A stretch of 64,000 nt of DNA from an uncultured Planctomycetota bacterium (GCA_963841915.1 CAWJEN010000003.1:209024-273023), one strand, 5' to 3'; positions 28,293 through 39,022 are shown, counted from the stretch's first letter. Program-made: numbers and translations. Notes: generated by a model not told the origin, from the sequence alone.

Positions 28293-28546
28293 TTGGTGAA
28301 CCGTCTGACGATCTGTGGCGGACGATTTGCCGTCCTTAGCTGCTCGGCCGAACTCGCGCAAACGGGCTGATCGGTCCGCCTGATTCGTCGGCGGTACGTC
28401 GCCACTGCACCAGTAATCAGGTCGGCTACAGCACGGCACTGCGGGCGCAGTCAGATCTGGGTACAGGTCGTTGAGCTTGTTTGCGACCTTTCCACACCTG
28501 CGCCGCCGCGGCCGCCGATGCGCAAGCTGGCGGTACGCTCGGCAAC

Positions 28547-30206
28547 ATGTCGGCTGCTCCGCCACCTCCGGTCGCCCGATGCCCGCGCTGTGGCTACCCG
28601 CGGGCGGGCCTGCAGTCGGCTGCCGTCTGCCCCGAGTGCGGGTGGGACCCGGTCGAGCCCGACGCGACCGTTGCCGCCGGTTTCGATGATGCAGCCCACG
28701 CGCGCCTCGTTGTGCTCGGCCTCGTCCTGCTGTCGCTGATGACGTTCACCCTCCTCGGCGTGACGCTGCTCATGGAATATCGAGACGGCTGGGCAGGCTC
28801 GTTGCCCGTCGTCAACTTCCCGGGACCAAAAGTCTGGGCCACGCCCCTGGTTCAGCGGCCGGTCGGCAGGCGGCCTGAGCTTCTCGGCGTCACCGGTGCC
28901 GTCGCTGCCGTTCAGAACGTGCTGGCATTGTGGCTGCTGACGACGCCACTACCGCCGGGTGGGCGATTGCTGCCGTTCCGTAGCTGGGCAAGGTGGGGCG
29001 GTATCGCACTCTTCGGGGCGGGCTTTGGCCTCATGGCTGAGCCTGTCGGGCATCGAATGGTGGGGCAACGACGACCGCCACGGTTACTTCCTGACGCTCG
29101 TTCTCATGGTCGAGCTGCCTGCGACAACGCTGCTCTACTGGCACCTGCGGTCACTGGCCGAGCCTGATCCGACGGCCAAGGCCGGCCTGACGCTTTGCGC
29201 CGTGACGGTCCCCGTCCTGATGGCGATGGCGGTGCCGATGCTGCTGCTCGACCTGCAACAATGGAGAGACCTGCCAGCGGTAACGCAGTTCCTCCTGGCA
29301 GGGGGCTACGGGGCGGCGGCCATGACGTGCACGCTCGTCAGCTTCGGCTGCCTGGCTCGGCTCAGCGTCGTCTACGGCAGGCGTGCGGTCATCGACGTCA
29401 GCCCGCTCGTCGAGTGCATGACCGCCGGGCTGCGTTGGCTCATCGATGCCGTCCGCGCCCATGCCGTCACGCTGGCGCTCTTCCTCGGCTGCGCCGTCTG
29501 GCTCTACGCGACGTGGCAGTCGTTGGGCAGCTTGGCCTGGATGCCGAGACGGGCGTCCGTTCTTGGCGATCTGCCGTTCTTCAACTTCCTTGGTCCGAAG
29601 GTCTTAGGCGACTACATCGCGAGGTTCAGCTATGTCAGTGGCGGCTCGTACCGAACCTCGAGCGTTGTCCGCAACACGCCGTTGTTGTTGATGACGCTCG
29701 ATCTTCTCGCAATCTGGCTGATGACGACGACCTCGGCGCCTGGCGTGTGGCCGAGACGACTGGCAACCATGGTTCGTTGGTATCCGACGTTGCTGGTCGG
29801 CGCCTTCATGGCGATCGGCCTCGCGATAGGCCCGCTGACGAACGACGCCAACGCGGTGCTGTCGCGGCAGTCGAAATTCATGCTCTTGCTGATCGCGAGC
29901 ATCGAATTGCCGACGACGCTGTTGCTCTACCTGCATCTGGCATTCCTGGCCGATCACGCGAAACAGCGAAAGGTCGCACACGGCCTGCTCCTGTCCGGAG
30001 CGGCCGCGGCGTTGCTTATGGCCGCGTCGTTGAGTGTCGCGCTGCTGACCGACGTGTCGAAACGGGTCTGGCTTGAGTGGCAGGACACGCCGACATGGTT
30101 TGTTGCCGCCGCGGTTTTAGGAGCGGCCGTGATGACGACCAGCTTCTACGCCACCTGGCAGGTGCTCCGCTTGATGGCGACGCTGATACGGAAACCCGCC
30201 GTGTGA
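28547..30206 (+). CDS. Polytopic membrane protein with N-terminal Zn-ribbon and internally duplicated TM domain; split by a 1-nt insertion near 29035
   Basis: CPRCGY..CPECG, then two homologous halves (LPVVNFPGPKV..ALWLLTT..ELPATTLLYWHL and LPFFNFLGPKV..AIWLMTT..ELPTTLLLYLHL). The first half is divided between ORFs 28481 and 28959. Confidence 0.75.
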
Positions 30207-31368
30207 TCAACCGTCCGTCGCAACTCGTGCCGCGGCGGAGGCTTTGGTTTGGCGACGTCGCAATTCCGCATCGATGAACGGCTGCAACTCGCCCCGATCC
30301 AGCACGCTTTCGACGTTGCCCGTCTCCACGCCGGTACGCAGGTCCTTCACCCGGCGGTCGTCGAGCACGTAGTTGCGAATCTGGTTGCCCCAGGCGATCG
30401 CACCTTTTTCGCCGTACATGTCCTTGATTTCGGCGTCGCGCTCGGCCTGCTGGATCATCTCCATCTTGCCCTTGAGCAGCGACAGGGCGAGCTTGCGGTT
30501 CTGCTGCTGGCTTTTGTGCACGCTCGTGACGACCTGCAGGCCGGTCGGGATGTGCGTCATCCGGACGGCACTGGCGACCTTGTTGACGTTCTGTCCACCC
30601 GGGCCGCTCGACCGGGCGAACGCCTCAATCTCGAGGTCGACGTCGGGAATGTCGATGTCGCCGTCGTCGTCGAACTCTGGCACGACGTCGACGCCCGCAA
30701 AGCTGGTCTGCCGCTTGTTGTTGGCGTTGTATGGCGACAGGCGAACCAGCCGGTGCACGCCGGCCTCGGCCTTCATGTACCCGAAAGCGTACGGACCCTG
30801 GACGTGCAGGCTGACCGTCTTGAGGCCTGCCTGCTCACCTTCCTGGCGGTCGGTCTCTTCGATCTTGAAACCGGTTTTCTCGAAGTAGTACAGGTACATG
30901 CGCAGGAGCATCTCGACGAAGTCCTGGGCGTCGGTGCCACCGGTGCCGGCCTGGATGGTGAGGTAGGCGTTGAGCGGATCGTTCTTGCCGCCGAGCAAGG
31001 ACTGCAGCTCGATCTTGTCGCCACGCTGTTCGAGCGCCGTGAGCATCGCGTCGGCCTCGGCAAGGGCCTCGTTCTTCTCGGCCTCGTCGTCCGTTTCGTC
31101 GGCGAGCTCCTTCATCGCCTTGACGTCGTCGACGTCGGCAAGCATCGTCTGAATCGGCTCGATCGATGCCTTGACACGGCTGACCTCGGCGACGACCTTC
31201 TGGGCCGACTCCTGGTCGTCCCAGAAGGCCGGATCGCCCATCTGTGCCTCTAGTGCTTTAAGCCGATTTTGTTTGTTCGGCAAGTCAAAGAGAGTCGCGG
31301 ATGGTCAACATCCGCGCCGCCAGGGACTCGATGGAGTCCGCAAGGTTTTCGTGAGTCAGGTCCGCCAT
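30207..31368 (-). CDS. prfB: Peptide chain release factor 2 (programmed +1 frameshift)
   Basis: Short ORF MADLTHENLADSIESLAARMLTIRDSL* then CTT-TGA-C. Main ORF has GVHRLVRLSPY, RQTSFA, SGPGGQNVNK, WGNQIRNYV. Confidence 0.96.
31284..31290 (-). other. prfB +1 ribosomal frameshift site CTT-TGA-C
   Basis: Minus strand ...CGC GAC TCT CTT TGA CTT GCC...; the +1 shift continues as D-L-P-N-K-Q. Confidence 0.93.
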
Positions 31369-31416
31369 AAGGACGCGACGGTAGGCGGGTGAGGGCCGAG
31401 CGGGTAAGATCATTTC

Positions 31417-31671
31417 ATGACGTCGAAGCAAATGACGGCCAAGCTGGATGAGCAACCGTTTCAGCCGTTTCGGCTCCAGATGTCCGATGGGATGCACTAC
31501 GACGTGAAGAAGTCGAGCTCCGCTCTGGTGATGTCAGGTGTTTTCGCGCTGGCCGTCGACGACGATCCCGAGACCGGCGAGCCCACGCGCATCGTCTACG
31601 TCGACCCGCATCACGTGACGCGGATGAAGGATCTGGAGCGGAAGAAGCTCGGCGGTTTTGAGCGGCCTTAA
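31417..31671 (+). CDS. Small conserved hypothetical protein (PFxPF..SDG type, common in planctomycetes)
   Basis: QPFQPFRLQMSDG..YDV pattern; TAAGAT 6 nt upstream. Confidence 0.7.
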   Translation: MTSKQMTAKLDEQPFQPFRLQMSDGMHYDVKKSSSALVMSGVFALAVDDDPETGEPTRIVYVDPHHVTRMKDLERKKLGGFERP

Positions 31672-31675
31672 CGGA

Positions 31676-32125
31676 TCACGCCTGGAAGACGATCTCCACC
31701 TCGACCGCTGCGTTGAGCGGCAAGGCATTGACGCCGACGGCGGCCCGGACGTGGCGGCCGCTTTCGCCAAAGAGGTCGACGAGCAAGTCGCTAGCGCCGT
31801 TGGCAACCTTGGGCTGATCGCCGAAGCCGTCGTCGCTTTGGACAAAGACGCCCACACGCAGCACGCCTTTGGGTTCACCGACCGACAACGCAGCAGCAAC
31901 GGCGTTCAGCACGCACCGCCGGGCGGCGTCGACGGCTTCTTCGACAGACACCGCAGACGGGACGGCACCCGTGACGAGCTTGCCTTCCTTTGCCGGCAGT
32001 TGGCCGCTGCAGTAGATGAGGCCGCCGACGAGCTTGGCCGGAACATAGTTGGCCACCGGCTCAGGCGTCGGTGGCAGATCGAGGCCCATCGGCTCCAGCT
32101 TCTTCATCAAATCGTCGCGTGTCAT
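31676..32125 (-). CDS. RidA/YjgF family protein
   Basis: PVANYVP, SGQLP, VANGASDLL..FGE.GRHVRAAVGV..LP..AAVEVE. Confidence 0.92.
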   Translation of the reverse strand: MTRDDLMKKLEPMGLDLPPTPEPVANYVPAKLVGGLIYCSGQLPAKEGKLVTGAVPSAVSVEEAVDAARRCVLNAVAAALSVGEPKGVLRVGVFVQSDDGFGDQPKVANGASDLLVDLFGESGRHVRAAVGVNALPLNAAVEVEIVFQA

Positions 32126-32834
32126 CGGCCTCATCATTGACCGCAGAAATTGTCAGGTCGCGGGTGAGCGAAATCCGGCGGTCGCGGAGCATCTCTAGGA
32201 TCACCAGGAACGTCGCAATGATCCCCCCGCGCGTTGAACTCGCCGCCAGCAGATCCCGCAACGGCATCGGAGCTTTTAGGAGTTGATCCAAAATCTCTGC
32301 CCGCACCACGGCGGCGGGGCGTTCGTCGTCGGCCACGTCGTGCGTCGTCGGCCCCCGCCTGTCGAGATCGCCGAGGACGTCTCTGTAGGTGCTGACGAGC
32401 AGATCGAGCGTCAGGTCGTCGACATCGAGCACGGCCTTCTGCGCCTGATCGTTCGCCAGCGCCGCCCGGACGTGCCGCATGGCTGCGTCGTCGGCAAGCG
32501 TGTCGAGCCGGTCGGCCGCTTTGCGCAGGCGCTGATAGTCGAGCAGTTGCCGCACGAGGTCGAGGCCGCCGAGCGTGGTGGCTTCTGATCGTTCGCGTCT
32601 GTCGTCCTCGACCGGGAGCAAGCGGACGCTCTTGAGTTCGACTAGCGTGGCTGCCACGACGAGGTATGCACCGGCTTCGTCGGGGTCGAGCTGTCCGCCC
32701 CGCAGACACGCCAGGAAGTCGCCGGCGACCTTAGCCAGCGAGACGTCGCAGATGTCGAGCTCACGCTGGCGGACCAGGTGCAACAGCAGGTCAATCGGCC
32801 CGTCGTAGACGCTTGTTTCGACTCGCAGGGGCAC
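32061..32834 (-). CDS. scpA: Segregation and condensation protein A (kleisin)
   Basis: YDGPIDLLLHLVR..ELDI, YLVVAATLVELKS..LLP, LVRQLLDY, ATFLVILEM. Confidence 0.88.
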   Translation of the reverse strand: MPLRVETSVYDGPIDLLLHLVRQRELDICDVSLAKVAGDFLACLRGGQLDPDEAGAYLVVAATLVELKSVRLLPVEDDRRERSEATTLGGLDLVRQLLDYQRLRKAADRLDTLADDAAMRHVRAALANDQAQKAVLDVDDLTLDLLVSTYRDVLGDLDRRGPTTHDVADDERPAAVVRAEILDQLLKAPMPLRDLLAASSTRGGIIATFLVILEMLRDRRISLTRDLTISAVNDEADDTRRFDEEAGADGPRSATDA

Positions 32835-32896
32835 CGTGTACAAAGGTAGACGATGAAACGGCCCGGAGGTCGTGTCGGCCACGGCAACCCGATAGG

Positions 32897-35248
32897 ATGT
32901 GGCCGCCCGTGTCGTTCCAGCGAATCCTCGAACTTCTGCTCGGCCTCGACGGCGGCTTCCTCGCACGCGACGGAGCCTTCTCGATCGGCTTCCGACCGCG
33001 GTGGCCGTGGCAGGACTTGATCGGCGTCGGTTTGTGGAACCTGGGCCTTCTCGCCGTTGTCCTGCTCATCGTCGTTTGGGCGTATCGCAGAGACGGCCGC
33101 AGCCGCGGGTGGCGCATCACGCTCGGCGGTTTGAGGTTGTCGGTGCTGGTCTTGTTGCTGGGTTTGCTCAATCGGCCGACGCTGTCACTCGAGCGAGTTC
33201 GCATCGAGCCGAGCGTCGTGGCAGTGCTCGTCGACACGTCGGCGAGCATGAGCGTGTCAGACATCGGCGAGCCGGGTGAAAAACAAGCGCGTATTGCCGT
33301 CGCAAAGCAGATGGCCGCGACTGCTGCCGAGCAACTCGGCGAGGAACACAGTGTGCGGGTGTTTGCCGTCGATGCGCTGGCGACTCAGACGGACGAGCTT
33401 GAAGCGCTAGAAGCGTCCGGCGGGCAGACATCGCTCGCCGCCGCCGCGGAAGATGCCTTGCGTCAGCTACGCGGGCAGAACATTGCCGGCCTGCTGTTGC
33501 TCAGCGACGGCCGCGACAGTGAGGTTGATGCGGCTGCGGGATCGGTGCTTCGACAGTCGGGCGTGCCGCTGTGGGCGGTGCCCATCGGTGAGCCGGGGCA
33601 ACCGGTGAACGTGACGGTCGAGTCGATTTCGGCAGAGCCAACTGTTTTCGCCGGTGACGTGCTCAACGTAGTCGCCAGAGTTCGTGCCCGCGGACTCGAA
33701 GGCGACGTCGTGGTGCGGCTGCTCGACGAAGCCGGCGAACCGATGATCGGCCTTGACAACCAGCCCATCACGACGACGATCCAAGCGAGCAATGATGAGG
33801 AGGCGATTGAGGTCGAGCTGCAATGGCCGACGGGCGAGCCCGCGTCGGTTGCCATGGTTGTCGCCGCCGACACACCGGTCGGCGTCGACGAGACCGATCT
33901 GAGTGACAACCGCCGCACGCTGCGGGTCGACGTGCTGGAGGCAAACATCCGGGTGCTCTACGTCGATGGGTACCCGCGCTGGGAGTATCGCTACCTCAAG
34001 AACCGCCTGCTGCGCGACGAGACGATCGACGCGAGCATCTTGCTGACAAGTGCTGACCCGAATTTCGCACAAGAAGGCAACACGCCGATCCGCCGATTTC
34101 CGGTGACGGCTGAGGAGTTGCAGGCATACGACGTTGTGCTGTTCGGCGACGTGAGTCCGCGGCAGTTCGGTGACGGTCAGCTCGAATTGATACGCGAGTT
34201 CGTCGGTGACCGCGGCGGCGGGTTTGGCATGGTGGCTGGCCCGCGCAGCGGCCCATGGGCATGGCAGGGCACGGCGATCGAGGCGATCTTGCCGGTCGAT
34301 GTCGTTGCAGAACCGAGTCAGGCGAGCGGGGCGATGAGCTATCGACCTGTCGTCACCGACGCGGGCCGGCAGACGGGCATCTTCCGCTTTTACGGCGACC
34401 GCGAGGCGAACGACGCCTTCATCGCAAACGACATTCGCGAGCTGTACTGGTTTGCCGACGGCATCCGAGCCAAGGCGGGCGTCGGTGATGTGCTGGCCGA
34501 GCATCCGGACGAAGTCGCACCCGACGGCCGCCCGGCACCGCTGCTGATTGCCGGCAGATACGGCGCCGGTCGCACCTTGTTCAACGGCATCGACGAGTCG
34601 TGGCGGTGGCGGTACTACACGGGCGAGAGCGTTTTCGACACGTTCTGGGTGCAGCAGCTGCGTTACCTCGCCCGCGGCAGAAAATTGGGTGAACGGCGGG
34701 CTTCTTTAAGAGTGTCCCGCCCGAGCTACGAAGTGGGCGAACGCGCGTCTGCCGAGCTACGCGTGCTGGATCCGCGGCTGGCTGGGCAACTGCCTGATCG
34801 TGTGGAGGCTGACATCAGCGACGCCGATGGCAACCCGATCGGCGTCGTGCCGCTGATCCGCCGTGTCGCCGGTGACGCCGAGGGCGGCACCGGCGAAGAC
34901 CGCTACACCGGCACGTACAGCGTCGATCGTGCAGGTTCCTTCACACTCAGCGTCTCACCGTTGGCCGCCGACGTGCCGGAGCTCGCCGATGACTATTCGG
35001 TGGAGCTGCCGCGAATTGAGCTGCGGAACCCTGCGACCGACTTTGCCGCATTGGGTCGCCTCGCCGACGAATCAGGCGGCCGCATCGTTGAGCGTGACAA
35101 CTTGGAGTCACTGACCATCGAGCCGAAGGAGCGTCGCGTTCCGGTCATTGCCGCCCGGCCGCTGTGGGACGCGCCGATCGCCTTCGTGTTGCTGGCGTTG
35201 CTGCTGACGTTCGAATGGGTCGGCCGCAAGATGGCGGGTCTGATCTGA
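32897..35248 (+). CDS. Membrane protein with vWA, Ig-like and glutamine-amidotransferase-like (DUF1355-type) domains
   Basis: DTSASMS MIDAS, LLSDGR, DN.R, VLYVDGYPRWEYRYL, GGGFGMVAGP, G.GR, WRWR, terminal EW..RK..GL. Confidence 0.82.
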   Translation: MWPPVSFQRILELLLGLDGGFLARDGAFSIGFRPRWPWQDLIGVGLWNLGLLAVVLLIVVWAYRRDGRSRGWRITLGGLRLSVLVLLLGLLNRPTLSLERVRIEPSVVAVLVDTSASMSVSDIGEPGEKQARIAVAKQMAATAAEQLGEEHSVRVFAVDALATQTDELEALEASGGQTSLAAAAEDALRQLRGQNIAGLLLLSDGRDSEVDAAAGSVLRQSGVPLWAVPIGEPGQPVNVTVESISAEPTVFAGDVLNVVARVRARGLEGDVVVRLLDEAGEPMIGLDNQPITTTIQASNDEEAIEVELQWPTGEPASVAMVVAADTPVGVDETDLSDNRRTLRVDVLEANIRVLYVDGYPRWEYRYLKNRLLRDETIDASILLTSADPNFAQEGNTPIRRFPVTAEELQAYDVVLFGDVSPRQFGDGQLELIREFVGDRGGGFGMVAGPRSGPWAWQGTAIEAILPVDVVAEPSQASGAMSYRPVVTDAGRQTGIFRFYGDREANDAFIANDIRELYWFADGIRAKAGVGDVLAEHPDEVAPDGRPAPLLIAGRYGAGRTLFNGIDESWRWRYYTGESVFDTFWVQQLRYLARGRKLGERRASLRVSRPSYEVGERASAELRVLDPRLAGQLPDRVEADISDADGNPIGVVPLIRRVAGDAEGGTGEDRYTGTYSVDRAGSFTLSVSPLAADVPELADDYSVELPRIELRNPATDFAALGRLADESGGRIVERDNLESLTIEPKERRVPVIAARPLWDAPIAFVLLALLLTFEWVGRKMAGLI

Positions 35249-35268
35249 GCACCCGTTGCGGGCGATTC

Positions 35269-35916
35269 TTATTGATCGTCTCTCAAACCGACCGGCTTGC
35301 CGAGCACTTCACTGGCAATGATGATGGTTTTGAAGCTGTCCCGCTTACGAAGCAGATGACGCATGCGGTCGCCTCGCGAAACACCTGAGTCGCGGCGGTG
35401 GGCACTTCGCACGCCCGATGTGACGGCTGCCATGATGGCTGGTTTGGCGATCTTCTGCTGCGTCGGAGCGAGCCGCGCCACGGTCGCCTGTTTCTGCCTG
35501 ACTAACTGAGATTGCGGACGCTGTGCCACAGGCTGAGGGCGTGCCGCAACCTGCTGAGGCGGCCGGCGACGCTGCTGGTCCTGACGCTCCTTGGCCTCGG
35601 CCTCCCGCGCCCGTTGGGCTGCGGCGATGGCGGCGCGGTCCTGCGGCGTCAGGATCATGTCAGCCAACTCCGGCGGCATCGCCGAAGCCGCCTGCAACGC
35701 CGCCTCTTCGTTCCTGTTCCTCGACGCCTTTGCTCGCCGTTGCGCCAGACGCTGGCTGATGCGTTCGTCCAGCGCGGTCCGCTTGCCTGTCTTCTTGATC
35801 TTCTCCTTGCTCGCCTTGCTGATGTTCGAGACCACCGAAAACACGACGATCACAAGCATAATGACGCCGACGACGGGAAACCCGTCAGCCAGTGGTAGCA
35901 GTAGCAGGTGACTCAT
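35269..35916 (-). CDS. Hypothetical membrane-anchored protein (fourth gene of the nfeD-floA cluster, YqfB-like position)
   Basis: N-terminal TM, Gln/Arg-rich linker, C-terminal IIASEVLGKP motif. Confidence 0.7.
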   Translation of the reverse strand: MSHLLLLPLADGFPVVGVIMLVIVVFSVVSNISKASKEKIKKTGKRTALDERISQRLAQRRAKASRNRNEEAALQAASAMPPELADMILTPQDRAAIAAAQRAREAEAKERQDQQRRRPPQQVAARPQPVAQRPQSQLVRQKQATVARLAPTQQKIAKPAIMAAVTSGVRSAHRRDSGVSRGDRMRHLLRKRDSFKTIIIASEVLGKPVGLRDDQ

Positions 35917-35925
35917 GATGCTCAA

Positions 35926-36954
35926 TCAGTTCCGCGGGTTGTCGTCACGATCGGCAATGCTCTCACGCATGGACGTGTCAGCTTCGACATTCCGCATCTT
36001 GTAATAGTCCATGATGCCCAAATTGCCGTTGCGGAACGCGTCGGCCATGGCGCGAGGCACCTCCGCCTCGGCGAGCACCACCAACGCACGGTTCTCGGCA
36101 ACCTTGGCGATGTTCTCCTGCTCCTGGGCGACAGCCATCGCTCGCCGCTGTTCGGCCTGTGCTTGGGCGACGTTCTTGTCGGCCTCTGCCTGTTCGGTCT
36201 GAATCTTGGCGCCGATGTTCGCGCCGACGCTCACGTCGGCGATGTCGATCGAAAGGATCTCAAAGGCAGTATTGGCGTCGAGGCCCTTGGCGAGCACGTT
36301 CTTACTGATCACATCCGGGTTCTTCAGCACCGCGCGGTGGTCGTTGGCCGAACCGATGGATGAAACGATACCCTCACCGACGCGAGCGACGATGGTTTCT
36401 TCCGTCGCACCGCCGACGAGACGTCGAATGTTCGTGCGGACGGTGACACGTGCCTTCACCTTGAGCTGGATGCCGTCGGCGGCGACGGCATCGAGCGTGC
36501 TCGTGCCCATCTCGCGACTCGGCACGTCGATGACCTTTGGATCGACACTCGTCTTGATGGCCTCCAGCACGTTTCGACCCGCAAGATCGATGGCGGTCGC
36601 AGTGTCCCAACCAAGGTCGATGTTGGCCTTGTCGGCTGCAATCATCGCGTTGATGACGCGGATCAAGTTACCACCTGCCAGAATGTGCGACTCCATCTGC
36701 TGAGGGTCGATCGCCAGACCGGCACGGGCGGCCTGAATCTTGGCGTAGACGATCGTCCGCGGATTGATGCCCGGCCGCAGGTCCATGCCGATCAGGTCAG
36801 TGATGCCGGTGCGAGCACCGGAAAAGAGCGCTTCAACGTAAAGCTTGGCATACCGCAGGAAGATCGCGACCAGCACGAGACCGATCAGCAGGGCGATTCC
36901 CACCAGCACAAGCAGGATGGGGTTTTCGAAGATGTCGGCGAGTGGAAGCAGCAT
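35926..36954 (-). CDS. floA: Flotillin-like protein FloA (YqfA)
   Basis: [71 protein letters not shown]. Confidence 0.95.
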   Translation of the reverse strand: MLLPLADIFENPILLVLVGIALLIGLVLVAIFLRYAKLYVEALFSGARTGITDLIGMDLRPGINPRTIVYAKIQAARAGLAIDPQQMESHILAGGNLIRVINAMIAADKANIDLGWDTATAIDLAGRNVLEAIKTSVDPKVIDVPSREMGTSTLDAVAADGIQLKVKARVTVRTNIRRLVGGATEETIVARVGEGIVSSIGSANDHRAVLKNPDVISKNVLAKGLDANTAFEILSIDIADVSVGANIGAKIQTEQAEADKNVAQAQAEQRRAMAVAQEQENIAKVAENRALVVLAEAEVPRAMADAFRNGNLGIMDYYKMRNVEADTSMRESIADRDDNPRN

Positions 36955-36970
36955 GACAATCGCGTTGTAA

Positions 36971-37492
36971 CTAAAAATTGGGTTCTTGACGAATCTCGGT
37001 CGCCTCGGGAACGTGAGCCCGAACCGTGGCCAAGCCGTCCTTGAAATGGATCACGCGGACGACGGTGTCAGCCGGCAGATCGCCCGACTCGGCGGTGACT
37101 TGCACCTCGGCACTGCCGCCGGTGTCGCGTGGGAACTCGGCCTCGCCCATGGGCCTCAGGGCGGTGAGCGTGCGACCGACGGCTCCGACGCGGACGACGT
37201 TCATCGGGACCGGGCTCGGCGCCGGGCCGCTGGCGAGCGTCATCCGTTTGCCGATCGGCGTCATCTGCCAAGCCTTGATCATGCCAGCGGCGACAAACGG
37301 GCTCGACAGCACGACGGCGAAGAGCACGACAAGGCCCAACCACCGGTTGATCGTGAAACAGACGACGACCGCGGTCAGCAAAAGACCTGCACCGATGACG
37401 CTCATCACCCCGCCGCTGGGAATGAACAGGTCACCGAACAGCAGCAACGTGGCGGCGACGACAAGGATGACGATCAGGACAATCGGGTCCAT
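36971..37492 (-). CDS. Short NfeD-like protein (3 TM + OB fold)
   Basis: [25 protein letters not shown]. Confidence 0.82.
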   Translation of the reverse strand: MDPIVLIVILVVAATLLLFGDLFIPSGGVMSVIGAGLLLTAVVVCFTINRWLGLVVLFAVVLSSPFVAAGMIKAWQMTPIGKRMTLASGPAPSPVPMNVVRVGAVGRTLTALRPMGEAEFPRDTGGSAEVQVTAESGDLPADTVVRVIHFKDGLATVRAHVPEATEIRQEPNF

Positions 37493-37495
37493 CGG

Positions 37496-39022
37496 CTACA
37501 TCACCTCCTGCTCGCCTTGCGGGCGGACGACGATGCGATTGCCGGCGGCTTCGGTCACATGCACGCTCGTACCGGCGGCGATAAAGCCTCGATCGGTGAT
37601 GACATCGATGATGGTGGTGTCGTCGGGGGCATCCGTGACGGAGAAGGTCGCCGTGCCGCCGGGTCGAATATCGACGGCTGCGACGCCAATCGTACCAACG
37701 GCTGGCCAGGCGGCGGCATTTATCTTGGCCTGCTCGCTCAGCGGCGCGTCCTCGAGGATCATCCGGTTCGCGTAGGGCAAGTGAGGCAGGAATCTTGCAA
37801 GCCACATCCAAAGCAGCAGGCTGACCACCATGGCTGCAGCGGTCAGCAGCAGGCCCGACATGAACTGCGACCAGTCGACGCCGTAGCCGCTGGGCATGCC
37901 CGGCGTCGAGATCGGGCCGACGAAGGTAAGGGACAAGCCCATCAAGATCGAGACGAGGCCGGTCAAGCCGAAGACGCCGAAGCCAGGAATGACAAAGACC
38001 TCGACGGCCAGCAGGATCAGCCCGAGGACGACAAACAGCACCTCGTACCACTCGGCAAAGCCGGTCAGGAACGGAATACCGAACAGCACGCCAATCAGCA
38101 CGGCTGCAATCGCTTCAGGGAAGCCGGTGCCGGGTGAGCTGAAGGCGGTGTAGACGCTGAGGAACAACAACGTCATGAGCAAGCCACGGACGGTAAAGCT
38201 GCTGAGCAGGCCGACCGTTCGTTCACCTGTCGACGGCTCGAGCGTTGCCATCACGGTGTAACCCATCGACTCGGCGAAGGCTTCGGGCGAGACAAAGGTG
38301 CCGACGCTGAGGTTGATCTTCTCGGCAACGACATTCGACACCGTCAGTAGCGACGTCTCCGAGTCGAGCGGTACGGGTACGTCCGGCAGATCCCGGTAAC
38401 CGCCGCCTTCTGCCGTCAGCGTCTCGTACTGCTCCTTGTCGACGAACAACATCTCGCCGTCACCTTCGATCGGCTCGACCACATAGACCGCAGCGACGGT
38501 TTCGACAAAGGTGCGGGCGAGCAGCGGGCTGTAGCCATTTCTGCGGGCCGAGTCGTCGAAATCGGCAAAGACCGGGCTTTCAGCCTTGGCCCGGTCTGTA
38601 CCCTCGAGCTGCTGACCCATCGCGATAACGCCGCTGTCGCCGATCATGCTCGCCGGCTCCATGGCGATCGACTTGCACGACAGGGCGATCATGGAGCCGG
38701 CGCTGATGGCCTTCTCGTCGACAAACGCATGGATCGGCACGTCGGCCTGCTTGATGAAGCGGGTGATCTCCGTCGCCGTTATGACCAGGCCGCCGTAGGT
38801 ATCGATCTGCAGGATAATGGCGTCTGCACCGAGCTCCTTGGCCTCTCGGTACCGACGCATGATGCTGTTTTTGTAGAAGTCATCCACCTGCCCGTCGGCC
38901 CGGATGACCACCGCCTTACCCGACGCAGGAACAGCCGGCTGGGTCGTCTGCGCGACCAAAGCGCCTGCCGTCACGAGGACGGCGGCGAGGGCAAAAAGAA
39001 GCTGCGTGAACCCGGCTCGCAT
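37496..39022 (-). CDS. nfeD: Long NfeD (ClpP/crotonase-class protease domain + TM + OB fold)
   Basis: IDTYGG, AISAGSMIALS, EVFVIPGFGVFG, DIRPGG, G..V.V....GNRIVV. Confidence 0.88.
   Translation of the reverse strand: MRAGFTQLLFALAAVLVTAGALVAQTTQPAVPASGKAVVIRADGQVDDFYKNSIMRRYREAKELGADAIILQIDTYGGLVITATEITRFIKQADVPIHAFVDEKAISAGSMIALSCKSIAMEPASMIGDSGVIAMGQQLEGTDRAKAESPVFADFDDSARRNGYSPLLARTFVETVAAVYVVEPIEGDGEMLFVDKEQYETLTAEGGGYRDLPDVPVPLDSETSLLTVSNVVAEKINLSVGTFVSPEAFAESMGYTVMATLEPSTGERTVGLLSSFTVRGLLMTLLFLSVYTAFSSPGTGFPEAIAAVLIGVLFGIPFLTGFAEWYEVLFVVLGLILLAVEVFVIPGFGVFGLTGLVSILMGLSLTFVGPISTPGMPSGYGVDWSQFMSGLLLTAAAMVVSLLLWMWLARFLPHLPYANRMILEDAPLSEQAKINAAAWPAVGTIGVAAVDIRPGGTATFSVTDAPDDTTIIDVITDRGFIAAGTSVHVTEAAGNRIVVRPQGEQEVM

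Noticed and set aside
28206..28546. Largest intergenic gap as a candidate oriC
   Set aside because: Contains parS but no clustered TTATCCACA boxes or AT-rich unwinding element.
32061..32125. About 65-nt overlap of the scpA 3' end with ridA as a possible frameshift or recoding site
   Set aside because: Both proteins are complete; a non-conserved tail explains it and no slippery site is evident.
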